Assembly: GCA_020184695.1 (NCBI GenBank)
Contig: JAANOX010000134.1
Coordinates: 62,001-126,000 of the forward strand
Direction: 5' to 3'
Length of the DNA: 64,000 nucleotides
DNA from: Histomonas meleagridis 2922-C6/04-290x
Taxonomy: Eukaryota; Protista; Parabasalia
Under the pieces are notes generated by a model. It saw nothing but the letters and a program-made list of their open reading frames with translations. It made no database searches and was not told where the DNA came from. A program made the translations under genes and the position numbers. Of the stretch, positions 34,206 to 45,351 are shown piece after piece (positions within the stretch are counted from its first letter, which is position 1; each line of letters starts with the position of its first letter).

Positions 34206-35378
34206 CTAATCAATCTTTGGTGGAATCAAAAATGTTCTTTCTGCAATAAACGTGAATAAAGTGGAAAGAACGATGAAAACAGATGTGAAGAATGAGTTCC
34301 AACTTGTTACCATTTCCTTTTGCTTTGTTGTTAGAGCTGGGTTATTCATTATAATATTGAATGCATTGACATATGAGCATCCTCCAAATAATCCAACAAC
34401 AATCATTAATGGGATCATAACAGCAATTGGCATGAAATGGTAAAATGCATGGAATAGCCACAGGATGAACATTCCTAATTGGAACAATGTCAATATCCAA
34501 ATTTTTGTAAAAGTAAATAATATCAATGATGATCTAGAAATAGTAACACCAATCTGATACATCAGATTCAACAGTGGGTACATATATTGATACCTCTTCT
34601 TTTCTTCTTTAACAAGACAATTATCTGCAAATGCACCTTGGATAACGTACTCCAGGAAATAAACGGCTCCGCAATTCATAATTGTGAACCACGACCCTTT
34701 CAAATATTGACAGTCGCACATTGACACTTTTTCTTCTTCTTGCGTGGTGATCAGCGGTGAATCGGAGGCAAGGAGATGCGTTTCAATAGATTGAGCGTTT
34801 TCTTCAGGCGAACGAGCAACAATCAAATAGAAAAGAAGACCATAAAATACAACTATAGGAGAAGCTGCAATAAATGACCAAAAAATAGATATTTGGAGTG
34901 CAGAACAAATAAGAGAATAACTAGCACCAACAATTCCAGCACCACCTGTTCCTGATCCCCATGGCTTCAGAAGAATTTGCTTTCTTTTGTATGTTATGAA
35001 ACATAAAATTATTGTTTCGCCAAGATTTGAAGAAAAACCTATAAAAAATACTCCAATGCATGTAAACCAAAACACTTTTGAAAATGCACATATAAGTAAA
35101 CCTGATAACATAATTACAATATTAATAAAGAAACTGATTAGGTATGAAACATTTGCAGAAACCATAAAATTGTTGATAAACCTTGAGAAAATTCCACTGA
35201 TAGTGTTGGCCCAAAGAACTATTCCAAGATAAGAATCCAGTTGATAACTTGCTGCAATTCTTTGAGCAGATGCAATTCCAATGACATAAGGTGTGTTATT
35301 TAAAACTCCTAGAAAAAACATTGCTATTTTGTCAATTACTCGTACATTAAATACTCGTTGTGAAGAATCTTCACCCAT
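34206..35378 (-). CDS. CLN3: CLN3/battenin (Btn1) family transporter
   Basis: FFLGVLNNTPYV, FSSNLGE, WGSGTGGAG, YFLEYVIQG, YQIGVTISRSS, GLFGGCSYVN. Confidence 0.88.
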   Translation of the reverse strand: MGEDSSQRVFNVRVIDKIAMFFLGVLNNTPYVIGIASAQRIAASYQLDSYLGIVLWANTISGIFSRFINNFMVSANVSYLISFFINIVIMLSGLLICAFSKVFWFTCIGVFFIGFSSNLGETIILCFITYKRKQILLKPWGSGTGGAGIVGASYSLICSALQISIFWSFIAASPIVVFYGLLFYLIVARSPEENAQSIETHLLASDSPLITTQEEEKVSMCDCQYLKGSWFTIMNCGAVYFLEYVIQGAFADNCLVKEEKKRYQYMYPLLNLMYQIGVTISRSSLILFTFTKIWILTLFQLGMFILWLFHAFYHFMPIAVMIPLMIVVGLFGGCSYVNAFNIIMNNPALTTKQKEMVTSWNSFFTSVFIVLSTLFTFIAERTFLIPPKID

Positions 35379-35896
35379 TTTTGGAGCCAACGATTGAAAA
35401 CTTTACAACTCATCGTCTCCATGAAAACAAAAAACCACTCCAGAAGAAGAAGAACCTTTTTACATTTTTTACCTTATCATAAAATGACCTAAAATAAAAA
35501 TTTCATTTTACCTGGCGGTTGATGTTATGATACTAAGAATTTTTTGTAATTTCATGAAATCACTTAATTCTTTCTGGTGAAGTTCCCAATTATTACACAA
35601 TGACTTTTAATAATACAGCAAAAATATGCTAAAAAATGCATAAAATTTAATTTTGATTTGTTCTATATTTCTGGTTTTTTGATACAATGTTTTTCAGCAT
35701 TTCATTTTTTTCTGTTTTGAATTATCTTACAGAATATATTATATGAGAAAATACAAATTATTATTTGATTACCACATTTCAGGGCACCCCCAACCAATTT
35801 TCATTACTTTACATAGACCACCGAAAAAATAACGGTTTACCGAAAATTAGATTCGACTAAACCTATCGTTATACCAAACCGCTTATATAATTAACC

Positions 35897-37681
35897 ATGC
35901 AAAACTTAATTCCTGTTTTAAACAAGCTCCAGAACGTTTTTTCAACAGTTGGGTCACATGCAATAGATCTCCCACAGATTGTTGTTGTTGGTTGTCAATC
36001 TGCAGGTAAAAGTTCTGTTTTAGAAGCTATTGTTCAAAAAGATTTCCTTCCACGTAATGCTGGTATCTGTACACGTCGTCCACTGATTTTACAGCTTGTT
36101 CACATTGAAGAAGGTAACAACCCACGTGAATGGGGTGAATTTCTTCATGATAAAGGTCATAAATATACTGACTTCACCAAGATTCGCCAAGAGATTGAAG
36201 CAGAAACAGATCGTTTATGCGGTAAAAACAAAGGTGTTAAGGATGTTCCAATTAATTTAAGAATTTATTCACCAACAGTTCTCAATCTTACATTAGTTGA
36301 TCTTCCTGGTTTAACCAAAATCGCTGTCGAAGATCAACCCAAAGATATTTCAGAGCAAATAGAGAATATGGTCATGAGTTATATCAAACCAAGCAATGCT
36401 ATTATCCTTGCAATTACACCTGCTAATACCGACCTTGCAAACTCTGATTCTCTTATTGCTGCTCGTAAAGTTGACCCAGAAGGTAATCGTACAATTGGTG
36501 TATTGACAAAATTAGATATCATGGATAAAGGCACAGATGCTCGTGATGTTCTTCTCAATCGTGTCTATCCATTAAAGCTTGGTTATATTGGTGTTGTCAA
36601 TCGTTCACAGCAAGATATCAATTCAAACAAGAAAGTTAAAGATGCAGCAGAAAGCGAGCGCAAATTCTTTACAAGCAATCCAGCATATGCTGATATTGCA
36701 GACAACTGTGGTACTGCATATCTTGCACGTTCTCTTAATGAACTTTTAATGAAACACATTAAATCCAAAATTCCATCACTTTATGCACAAGTTAATGATC
36801 TTTTAGCAGCAAAGAAAAACGAACTTCAAACATATGGTGCATCGATTGGTATTTCGCTCGAAGAACAGGAACTTCTTCTCTTTGATCTTGTCAGCAAATA
36901 CATGCAAGAATTTAACGGTCTCCTTCATGGCTCAAGTAGCAATTTGTCGCCAAACGGTCTCGAGGGCGGGTCATCAATCATCTCAATTATTGTTGACGAA
37001 TTCCCTCAAAAAATGCTTTCAATTCCATCGGTTAAAGAGGTTAAAATTGAAAAAGTGCAGAAATTAATTGCAAACAATGCGGGTATTAATACCTCTATGT
37101 TCTTCCCGCAACAAACATTCCAGACCTTAATTGATCACGAAATCGAAAAGCTTCGTAAGCCATCCATTGATTGTGTTCAAGAAGTTAAACAAGCATTAAT
37201 TGATATTCATAATTCAGTTAATGTTCCAGAACTCTCTCGTTTCAGCTCCCTTCGAGATAACATTGTACTTCTGGCTCAAGACAGTGTTATTCAAGCGACA
37301 CAAGAAGCCGAGAAATTCATTAATCAATTAATCGATATTCAACTTGCTTACATTAACACATCTCACCCAGATTTCCAGGGTATCAAGATTGACTTTGGCT
37401 CTGTCATGAACAATGTGTCAGCACTTATCGATTTGGTTCACAGATATTATGTCGTTGTACGAAAAGAAGTCATGGACTCAATTCCAAAGGCAATATTTAA
37501 ATACCTTCTCACGGATTCTGTTGATGACTTACGTCTTCGCCTTGTGGAAAGATTTGTTCTTAATCCAGATCTTAATGAGGACCCAATTGTAAGAGAGAAA
37601 CGAAACAAGTGTGTACAACTTATAGAAGCATTAAAGCATGCACAAGCTATTCTAGCAGAGGTAAGGAAAGCACACGCTTAA
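35897..37681 (+). CDS. Dynamin-related GTPase
   Basis: LPQIVVVGCQSAGKSSVLE, CTRRPL, DLPG, TKLD, middle domain and GED. Confidence 0.95.
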   Translation: MQNLIPVLNKLQNVFSTVGSHAIDLPQIVVVGCQSAGKSSVLEAIVQKDFLPRNAGICTRRPLILQLVHIEEGNNPREWGEFLHDKGHKYTDFTKIRQEIEAETDRLCGKNKGVKDVPINLRIYSPTVLNLTLVDLPGLTKIAVEDQPKDISEQIENMVMSYIKPSNAIILAITPANTDLANSDSLIAARKVDPEGNRTIGVLTKLDIMDKGTDARDVLLNRVYPLKLGYIGVVNRSQQDINSNKKVKDAAESERKFFTSNPAYADIADNCGTAYLARSLNELLMKHIKSKIPSLYAQVNDLLAAKKNELQTYGASIGISLEEQELLLFDLVSKYMQEFNGLLHGSSSNLSPNGLEGGSSIISIIVDEFPQKMLSIPSVKEVKIEKVQKLIANNAGINTSMFFPQQTFQTLIDHEIEKLRKPSIDCVQEVKQALIDIHNSVNVPELSRFSSLRDNIVLLAQDSVIQATQEAEKFINQLIDIQLAYINTSHPDFQGIKIDFGSVMNNVSALIDLVHRYYVVVRKEVMDSIPKAIFKYLLTDSVDDLRLRLVERFVLNPDLNEDPIVREKRNKCVQLIEALKHAQAILAEVRKAHA

Positions 37682-37900
37682 TAAATCTAAGATTTCGATT
37701 TTTTTATCATTTTTCTTCAATTATTAAACACTAAAAAAACTCTTTTTATTTTGGGAAATCTCTAATTATTCAACTATTTTTATGCATAACTTTAAGGTTT
37801 CGATTATATGGAGAATAAAATGCTTGACAAGAAGAAGTAATGTGTATGAAATGTTTCTTTTTGTTGTTGCTGAAATTGAATAGGGCGCCCCATTTTTAGG

Positions 37901-39709
37901 ATGGAAAAAAAGGCTTTTGGGATAGCTCAAACTCCCAAAATTGCCAAAGTTATTGCAGCAATTATGTCAAATAATAATTTTGCAGTTAGTGATTCAAACA
38001 CAAAAAATTATCCGGTTTACACATTTCAAATAAATCTACTGGATAGTAATATCAATTTTGCGCTTACATCTGTTGAAGGTCATATCTTAATACCTGTAAT
38101 AGAGTTTGACCAAAATGTACCCTTGGAAATTTTTAATAAGGAAATACAAATGATCCCGTCTAAAAAATCTTTTTTTCAAACTTTATCAGACTTCTCGGCC
38201 AAAAGCGAACTTCTTTATTTATTTTTCGAGAACACTTGTGAAGGAGATTTAATGGCTCAAGAAGTGGCAACATATTGTTTAAATTGTAATAATCGTCTCG
38301 AAATATTTCGGCCAATATTCAATTCATTATCACATCATCACATTACAAAAGCTATGGAATTTCCATCGCAAATAAATGACTTTAAAGCAGCCTCTTTCAA
38401 CTTCAAAACATTAACAAATTTCAGAATTTCCAAAGTTCTTTCTTTTGTCATTGGTGATGTTCTTAAAGATTACCAAACAAGTAAAAGATCGCCATCTCTT
38501 TCTCTTCAACAATTTTCGATTCTTGCGCAAATTGTTAAATGCGAAATCGAAAAAAACATTTTTCAAACAGAAGTTTTCCACGAAATAAAAGTCGAAGCAA
38601 GTAAATCAAATCAAGAAGAACAAATAACTTTTAACTGGGCTAGAAAGCATCTTTTTTGTCAGCTTTCAGCATATGCTCTTTATTCATTATCTTTGAGAAA
38701 TGCGGAATCTACAAATGTGAAAGTTGCAATAAATCAAAAAGAGGTGATAAAAGAGAAACCATTGCCACTAAACTGCACAAAAATGGTGATTTTGGCAATG
38801 AAATATTTGAATCTTAGTAGTAAAACAATACTTCAATATGCAAATGATCTATATGAAGAAGGATACATATCATACCCATTCAGTAACTGTGATACATATC
38901 CTGATGATTTCGACTTCCAAACCACTGTAAGAACAATTGCATTATTTCAACCTTTAAGCCAAATCTCGGCTTCATTAAGGCAAAATATCAATCCACCTCT
39001 AATAGGAAAATACGTGTCCGAATCTCAGCTCCCTGTTTATCCAACAAAGGTACCACCTGACACTAATTTTGGCTCGGAAAAACTTAAATTGTACCAACTC
39101 ATTGCGCGTCACTTTTTAGCAACTTGTTCTCAAAATGCCACTTTTACGAAGACCGTTTATTCTTTTTCAATAGGTTCAGAAATTTTCAAAACAACCGTTA
39201 AGGAACTCGAATCGCCTCAATGGCTGAATATTTTTAATTATAAAAAATATCCAGAACAAAAACCTAATCATTTATTTGATGGAGAAATATTAACAATTAA
39301 ATCTATCAAGTTAAACAAAGGTAAAACATTACCGAAAACGATCAGTGAAATCGATATCATTAAAATGTATGAAGAAAATGGTTTGATGGAAAATGCGAAA
39401 GAAACAATTAATTGCATTAATGCACTTGCTAATAATGGACTTATTAAGCGTAACGCAGGAAGCTTAAGGCCAACAGAACTCGGAATATCTCTTGCGCTTG
39501 CATTCGAGGCAATCGGATTAAACTTTGAAGACCCATATTTGATTCGACAGTTCAATGAAGCTGTTGTACAGTTCGAAAATACGAATGATATTGATGGGCA
39601 TGTCGAAATACAAAATAGACTTCATCAGCAAATGATTTCTTTGATATTTATCATATCAACTGAAATAGAAAAATTCAAAAGCGTGTTTAAATCTATAATG
39701 AATAAATAG
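37901..39709 (+). CDS. Divergent type IA topoisomerase (TOP3-like), likely catalytically impaired
   Basis: Toprim-like TSVEGHI, LYEEGYISYP, KLYQLIARHFLA, LRPTELGISL. Confidence 0.75.
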   Translation: MEKKAFGIAQTPKIAKVIAAIMSNNNFAVSDSNTKNYPVYTFQINLLDSNINFALTSVEGHILIPVIEFDQNVPLEIFNKEIQMIPSKKSFFQTLSDFSAKSELLYLFFENTCEGDLMAQEVATYCLNCNNRLEIFRPIFNSLSHHHITKAMEFPSQINDFKAASFNFKTLTNFRISKVLSFVIGDVLKDYQTSKRSPSLSLQQFSILAQIVKCEIEKNIFQTEVFHEIKVEASKSNQEEQITFNWARKHLFCQLSAYALYSLSLRNAESTNVKVAINQKEVIKEKPLPLNCTKMVILAMKYLNLSSKTILQYANDLYEEGYISYPFSNCDTYPDDFDFQTTVRTIALFQPLSQISASLRQNINPPLIGKYVSESQLPVYPTKVPPDTNFGSEKLKLYQLIARHFLATCSQNATFTKTVYSFSIGSEIFKTTVKELESPQWLNIFNYKKYPEQKPNHLFDGEILTIKSIKLNKGKTLPKTISEIDIIKMYEENGLMENAKETINCINALANNGLIKRNAGSLRPTELGISLALAFEAIGLNFEDPYLIRQFNEAVVQFENTNDIDGHVEIQNRLHQQMISLIFIISTEIEKFKSVFKSIMNK

Positions 39710-39822
39710 AATAGATAGTTATTTGGAGAAAAACATTGTGGTGATTTAATAGATAAAGACAATTTTGTGATGCTTTATTAAAAATATATATTTTATTACA
39801 TATATAATAAAAGCTTTCGAAA

Positions 39823-39902
39823 GTTCATCTGGCCGAGTGGTCCAAGGCGCTAGTTTAAGGCACTAGTCCGAGAGGGCGTGGGTTCGAACCCCACGGTGAA
39901 CA
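39823..39902 (+). tRNA. tRNA-Leu (anticodon AAG)
   Basis: Acceptor GTTCATC/GGTGAAC+A, D-arm TGGCCGAGTGGTCCAAGGC, anticodon arm CTAGT-TTAAGGC-ACTAG, variable arm, T-loop GGTTCGAAC. Confidence 0.95.
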
Positions 39903-40116
39903 TTTTTTCTTTTCGAATTATGATGAAATTTTTAAAAAAAAAATTTTTTTAGTACATATTTAGATTAGCCAAAAGAACATCAATTTTTGTCCTTCCTCAG
40001 TTATTGTTGTTGTTATAGTAAATATCAAATGATTTTTTTTTCATAACTTCTGTATGAGGTTTTTCCACTTTCAATCGGTTAAAAAAGGGTAAAAGGGTAA
40101 TTCCAAAAGAAGGTTT

Positions 40117-40137
40117 AACGGTTATGCATGGCCCTTT
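40117..40137 (+). promoter_or_regulatory. M3 + M5 core promoter of RPS7
   Basis: AACGGTTA 40117-40124, CCTTT 40133-40137, ATG 40144. Confidence 0.7.
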
Positions 40138-40143
40138 CTGTAA

Positions 40144-40695
40144 ATGAGCGTTTTAGCTAAAAAGGGTGAAGCAACAGCTCTTGAGCAACAAGTTGCCACT
40201 GCATTCAGCGAAATTAAAGGTACTGCCAACGAAAAAGTTATGAATCTCCTTAAGATCACAGGTGCCAAAGAAGTTTCAATCAATGGCCTCAAAGTTGTTA
40301 TTGTAGAAGTTCCATACAAACAAATTTCAGCCTACCACCAAATCCAAGGTGCTCTTGTTCCAGAACTTGAAAAGAAGCTTGGAAATTCACAAGTTGTCAT
40401 CGTTGCTAAACGTCGTGCTTTTCCAAAGACACCACAACCAGGCCGTCGCTACAAGGCCATCCGTAATGCAGGCCGTACACTTCGTGCTGTTCATGAAGGA
40501 CTTCTTGATGATGTTGTTTACCCAACTGCCATTGTTGCCAAGCGTACTCACTATGACACCGATGGCAAGCAAACAACATATGTAACTCTTGACGCACATG
40601 ACAAGACACGTGTTGAAGATCGTCTTAACGGTTTCGCTGCTGCATACCACCGCTTAACTGGTCTTAAGACAGTTTTCGAAGTTGCAACTCATTAA
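40144..40695 (+). CDS. RPS7: 40S ribosomal protein S7 (eS7)
   Basis: LVPELEKKL..VVIVAKRR, RTLRAVHEGLLDDVVYPTAIVAKR, YHRLTG..VFE. Confidence 0.95.
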   Translation: MSVLAKKGEATALEQQVATAFSEIKGTANEKVMNLLKITGAKEVSINGLKVVIVEVPYKQISAYHQIQGALVPELEKKLGNSQVVIVAKRRAFPKTPQPGRRYKAIRNAGRTLRAVHEGLLDDVVYPTAIVAKRTHYDTDGKQTTYVTLDAHDKTRVEDRLNGFAAAYHRLTGLKTVFEVATH

Positions 40696-41440
40696 ACAAA
40701 CATCGTAAAATTCATTAAAATTTTCCAACAAACTTCATTTCTTGATCTTATTATAAATTTAAATTTTTGATTTTTCTTGTGCAAAACAACTAAATATCAC
40801 ATTTTGAGTAATATAAAAATTGTTATGAAATTGGCACCTTAATATATTTGGCTATTTTCATGTAAGAATAGGTATATTTTGGAGAAAAGAATTAATGCTT
40901 CTTCAAGTGATACAAATTGTGCAAATTATATCAAGCAACATATGTTTTTTTTGTAAAACAGAAAAAGAAATCAAATGGGCATATAGTAACAAAAAGCTTT
41001 TCTCCTTCGTATGGAATGTTTTGGCAAAAGGGATATATTAATATACTTAAAACACAAAATTTCATTTTTAATAATTCAATAATTTTTATGTGAATAATCA
41101 TTTATTTTTTTTATTAATGAATATTTTTTTTTATTAATACTAATATACTTTAATTATATATCAATACTCTAATTTTTATTATATTATTAAATTCTATTAA
41201 AATATATTAAATCAACTCAATTTGCTCTTACAGAAATTTATGCAATACACGTCGCAAATGAAAAAATAGTAATGAATGAAAAAATTCAACAATATCTAAA
41301 TCTTTACGTATGAGATAATGACTTTTTTCTCAAGCTTTTTGTTCCAAGCAAATACAAAATCAACTTTATAAAGTTTCATAATTTCATATTTTTTAACAAG
41401 GAAATATATTGCATCATGAGAAACAAATGTATCATTTAAT

Positions 41441-42030
41441 TTAACTAATTGAACATTGTTCCTTTTTCTTTTTATTATTGACTGTTTTGTTGTCGTTTCC
41501 ATTTTCACGTCTGTCTACAGCAGCACGAATTGCGGAATGAATGACTCCTTTTATGTTTTGTTGTTTAAATGATGAACATTCTATGTAATCATGTGCTTTG
41601 ATTATATTTTTTATTTCGTTGGAATAACACAAAGATATTCATCCATATAATCATCTCGAAGATCACTTTTCATGCCAACTAAAATATATGGACAACTTTC
41701 CTTTATTTCAGGAATCCAGTTATCTAGAATACTTTTAAATGATTTTGGTGAGACAAGTGAAAAACAAAGTATAAAAACATCTGTATATGGATTCAGATAA
41801 ATATATGGCCGCAATTTTTTATGCTCTTCAGAACCTGGCGAATCAAATGCCTGGAACATATAAGATTCATGATTTTCTAAGGTTATTAGTTTGCTTCCAA
41901 GTCCATCAAGAACTGTAGGAATGTAGAGATCACATTGCACACGCAGGTACCACAATTAAACGCTATTAAGAAGCATGTCTTACCAACGTCATGATCCCCA
42001 ACAAATACAGCTTTGATCAGTGGAGCTTTT
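41441..42030 (-). pseudogene. Rho/Rac-family GTPase pseudogene with two frameshifts and no in-frame ATG found
   Basis: Frame A: IKAVFVGDHDVGKTCFL; frame B: YIPTVLD...FDSPGSEE..KLRPYIY..TDVFILCFSLVSPKSF..WIPEI..LVGMKSDLR; frame C: YIECSS...KKKKEQCSIS (CaaX-like). Confidence 0.8.
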
Positions 42031-42332
42031 ATCTTGTGCAAAAGAAAAATAAACCTATTTTCTTGGATGCTAGAACAAAAAAATAATTTTTTCTAAAATA
42101 ACTAAAGATTGGTTACTACAACATAATAAATTTTTTTAATAAAAGCAATAAATGTCTAAAAAATCAACGTTTTAAGAATTTTTTTTAAACCCCAGAAGAT
42201 TGGCTTAATCTTTATTGCAACTATAAAAAAATCATATCAATCATAATCACTAGCATGATTAGCATATGTGTCTTTAGTCAATTTTTTCACAGTCACTGTC
42301 ATTTGCAATCATCCAAAAAAGTGACAAAATAA

Positions 42333-42650
42333 ATGGATTCAGTAATCAAAGATCTTCAAGAAAATAAGAAAAAAGTAAATGCAGTTCTAGACGCAGCCAT
42401 CCAAAGACAAGATGAACTTCATAGTCAGACACATGATGAAGCAAAAAAGTATATTCAGCAAATTCAAACCAAAAATGCAAAATCACTCAAAGAATTAGAA
42501 GCTTCCCTCAAAAAAGAAAATGATGAAAAAGAAAAGCAGATGATGAAAAAGACAAAGAAATTGATAAAGGAACAAAATAAGAATGGTGAAAAACATCTAG
42601 ATGAGATTGTTAGTCTTCTTTATAAATCAGTTATTACTGTCGAAGCCTAA
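42333..42650 (+). CDS. Small coiled-coil protein, possibly V-ATPase subunit G
   Basis: 105 aa, helical, ends EIVSLLYKSVITV like subunit G C-termini. Confidence 0.4.
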   Translation: MDSVIKDLQENKKKVNAVLDAAIQRQDELHSQTHDEAKKYIQQIQTKNAKSLKELEASLKKENDEKEKQMMKKTKKLIKEQNKNGEKHLDEIVSLLYKSVITVEA

Positions 42651-43290
42651 CAAGCTTTAAATAATAATAAACACTATACTAAAATAGATAATTTAAATAT
42701 TTAAAATTTTAATTTTAATATTTTTGAAACATGTGTAATTTATTTGATACGCGTTTTTAAACTAAGCAGTATAAATAATTAACTTCACATTTTTGGACAT
42801 ATTTGTTTATCTACAAATTTTTAGGAATTCTGATTGACAGTTTTTTAGAATAAATATAAAATGTATTAGGCAAATTTATATTCCAGGATAGAGCCTATTT
42901 GAAATTTATGATAGTTCAACAGAAAATGCATTAGATTACGAATCCTTCATTTATTAACAAATAGAAAGTGGGTTTTGGCCCAATAAAATAGGAGTTATTA
43001 TTTTCTGAAAAGCTTGTAGATACTAGGCCATGCCTTACAGTTAGGCATTCACGATGAACCACCAAAAAGTACCATTTTTTCATCGGTATGCACAGAAAAA
43101 ATTGACATCTGTTGAATAATCAATTAAGTATACTTAATTAAGTATAAACTCACAAACTCATTCAATAATTTGTATACATATCAATAATTCAATACATTAA
43201 TTTTCATGTGAAAAAGTTGTTTTTTTATTGGCTGGACCAATCCGATAAATTTTGAAAGCATTACACGAATTCTTTACTTCATTTTTTGGA

Positions 43291-44151
43291 ATGCAAAAAG
43301 CAAAGCTCAACAATGGTGTTGAAATTCCTTTACTTGGTTTTGGCGTCTATCAGATTCCAGATCATGACCAATGTAAGCAAGTTGTTCTTGATGCAATTCG
43401 AACAGGATATCGTCTGATTGATACAGCCGCAGTCTATCTTAATGAGAAAGCTGTTGGCGAAGCTATCAAAGAATCTGGCGTACCACGTGAAGAACTTTTT
43501 ATTACTACTAAAGTTTGGGTACAAAATGCAGGATATGAAAACACAAAGAAAGCATTCCAAGCATCACTTGATCGTCTTGGACTTGAATACATTGATTTGT
43601 ATCTTATCCATGAGATATTCGGTGATTACTATGGTTCATGGCGAGCAATGGAAGAATTGTATGCTGAAGGTAAGATTCGTGCAATTGGCGTTTCAAACTT
43701 CTATCCAGACAGACTTGTTGACCTTATTATGCACAACAAAATAGTTCCAGCTGTTAACCAAGTTGAATGTCATCCATTCTTCCAAAAGGAAGATGCCCTT
43801 AGCGTAATGAAGGAATACGGCGTTCAACCTGAGGCGTGGGCTCCATTTGCTGAAGGCGGCCATGGATTCTTTACAAATCCAATAATGAAGAAGATTGCAG
43901 ATAACCATCATAAAACAGTTGCACAAGTTGCCTTAAGATGGAATATACAACGTGGCGTTGTGGTAATTCCAAAGACTGTCCACAAAAACCGAATGGAAGA
44001 AAACTTTGATGTTTGGGATTTCGAATTGACAAAAGAAGAAATGGAAGAAATCGCAACCTTGGACACAGGGCACAGTGAGATTTTGAATCACTATGAAATT
44101 GCAAGAGTCAAGAGGATCAACAATTACATCCTTGAGGAACACAAACTTTAA
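43291..44151 (+). CDS. Aldo/keto reductase (2,5-DKG reductase-like), bacterial-type
   Basis: [66 protein letters not shown]. Confidence 0.93.
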   Translation: MQKAKLNNGVEIPLLGFGVYQIPDHDQCKQVVLDAIRTGYRLIDTAAVYLNEKAVGEAIKESGVPREELFITTKVWVQNAGYENTKKAFQASLDRLGLEYIDLYLIHEIFGDYYGSWRAMEELYAEGKIRAIGVSNFYPDRLVDLIMHNKIVPAVNQVECHPFFQKEDALSVMKEYGVQPEAWAPFAEGGHGFFTNPIMKKIADNHHKTVAQVALRWNIQRGVVVIPKTVHKNRMEENFDVWDFELTKEEMEEIATLDTGHSEILNHYEIARVKRINNYILEEHKL

Positions 44152-44599
44152 TTAAACAATATCTTCCAAAAAACAGTACTTTCTTTAAAAACGTTGAACA
44201 TGAAATCATAAAGTTAATTTTGATCATGAAATTTCTGTGTAATGATTTAAATGTTATACTCACTCGCTAATCTTGCATTTATCAAACATTTCATTGAACT
44301 GATAATGTTTATCCATCCCACTTTAAAATAATATTCATAAAAAATAAAGTTAATGTTTATTCAATCGAATGAAAGCGGTTAATATTGCGGGGGTTACCCC
44401 AATAAACGTTTATTTTACGTTAACGGTTTTATTTAATTTGTATTCAAAATTTTACTATTTCTATAATGCACTTTATAATATTATTGTGTTTATAAATTTA
44501 CGTTTTGCTTTGTGGGGATATTTGTTATGTTGTATATTGCCATTTCGATGATTTTCATATGTTTGTATGTTTATATCAACTTTTGTTTTCTGCATACAT

Positions 44600-45060
44600 T
44601 CAATCTTTGAGTTGATTTTGATTATTAGCAATATGCGCTTCATTTCTATTTCTTATTGAAGATGAAGATTTGATATTTGTAGAAGAGGAATCTGAATTAG
44701 AATTTTCGTTTGTACTTTTTTCAAGGAGTAAATTTATTATTTCTGTGAAACCTTTCTTTTGTGCAATTTGAAGTGCTGTCAAATATTATTAAAACATATT
44801 CCAAATTATTAAAACATATTATAAATTATCAAAACATATTCCAAATTATTCAAATGAATATTTTTTGCATTAACATCAATTCCTTCTTTATCTAAAAGTA
44901 ATTTTACTATTTCTATATTATTATTTTTAACTGCTATATGAAGTGCTGTTTCAAATTATTAAAACATATTCCAAGTTATTAAAACATATATAAAATTATT
45001 AAAACATATTCCAAATTATTAAAACATATTTCTAAAATCAAGTAAAGTATTCAATTTCAT
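44600..45060 (-). CDS. Small two-ankyrin-repeat protein interrupted by 8 inserts; predicted 107 aa after excision
   Basis: ATG 45060 about 20 nt after an Inr-like TCACTTT; 461 nt minus 137 nt = 324 nt; product [58 protein letters not shown]... Confidence 0.65.
44783..45030 (-). repeat. Two clusters of 20-nt tandem units (ATATGTTTTAATAATTT + variable codon)
   Basis: On the plus strand aaattattaaaacatatt recurs every 20 nt at 44783-44859 and 44953-45030. Confidence 0.92.
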
Positions 45061-45351
45061 TGGTTACTTTACAGGAAAGTGACGTTGAAACAAACTAAGT
45101 GGGGAGATAAAAATTCCAAAAACAATAACAAATGACCCGGAGTGCTGGTATATTTGATGGGTATGGAGCGACTTCGAGAAAATTTTAAAGAGAATTTATT
45201 CCAAAATAAAAGTGACAAATCCATGTGTATACAAATAGATAAAGTTGCTTAAGCAACCAAGAACAATTCATGGCTATAAACTATTGAATTATCTCGTCCG
45301 TTTATATTTAAGTGGTCTCAATTTCGTGCGTTTATCATTTCATTCTTCAAA

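Noticed and set aside
41101-41220. Weak 20-nt periodicity in an AT-rich intergenic stretch
   Set aside because: No ankyrin core or restorable frame on either strand.
44783-45030. CRISPR array
   Set aside because: Eukaryotic context, 3-nt spacers, no cas genes; the units lie within an ankyrin coding frame.
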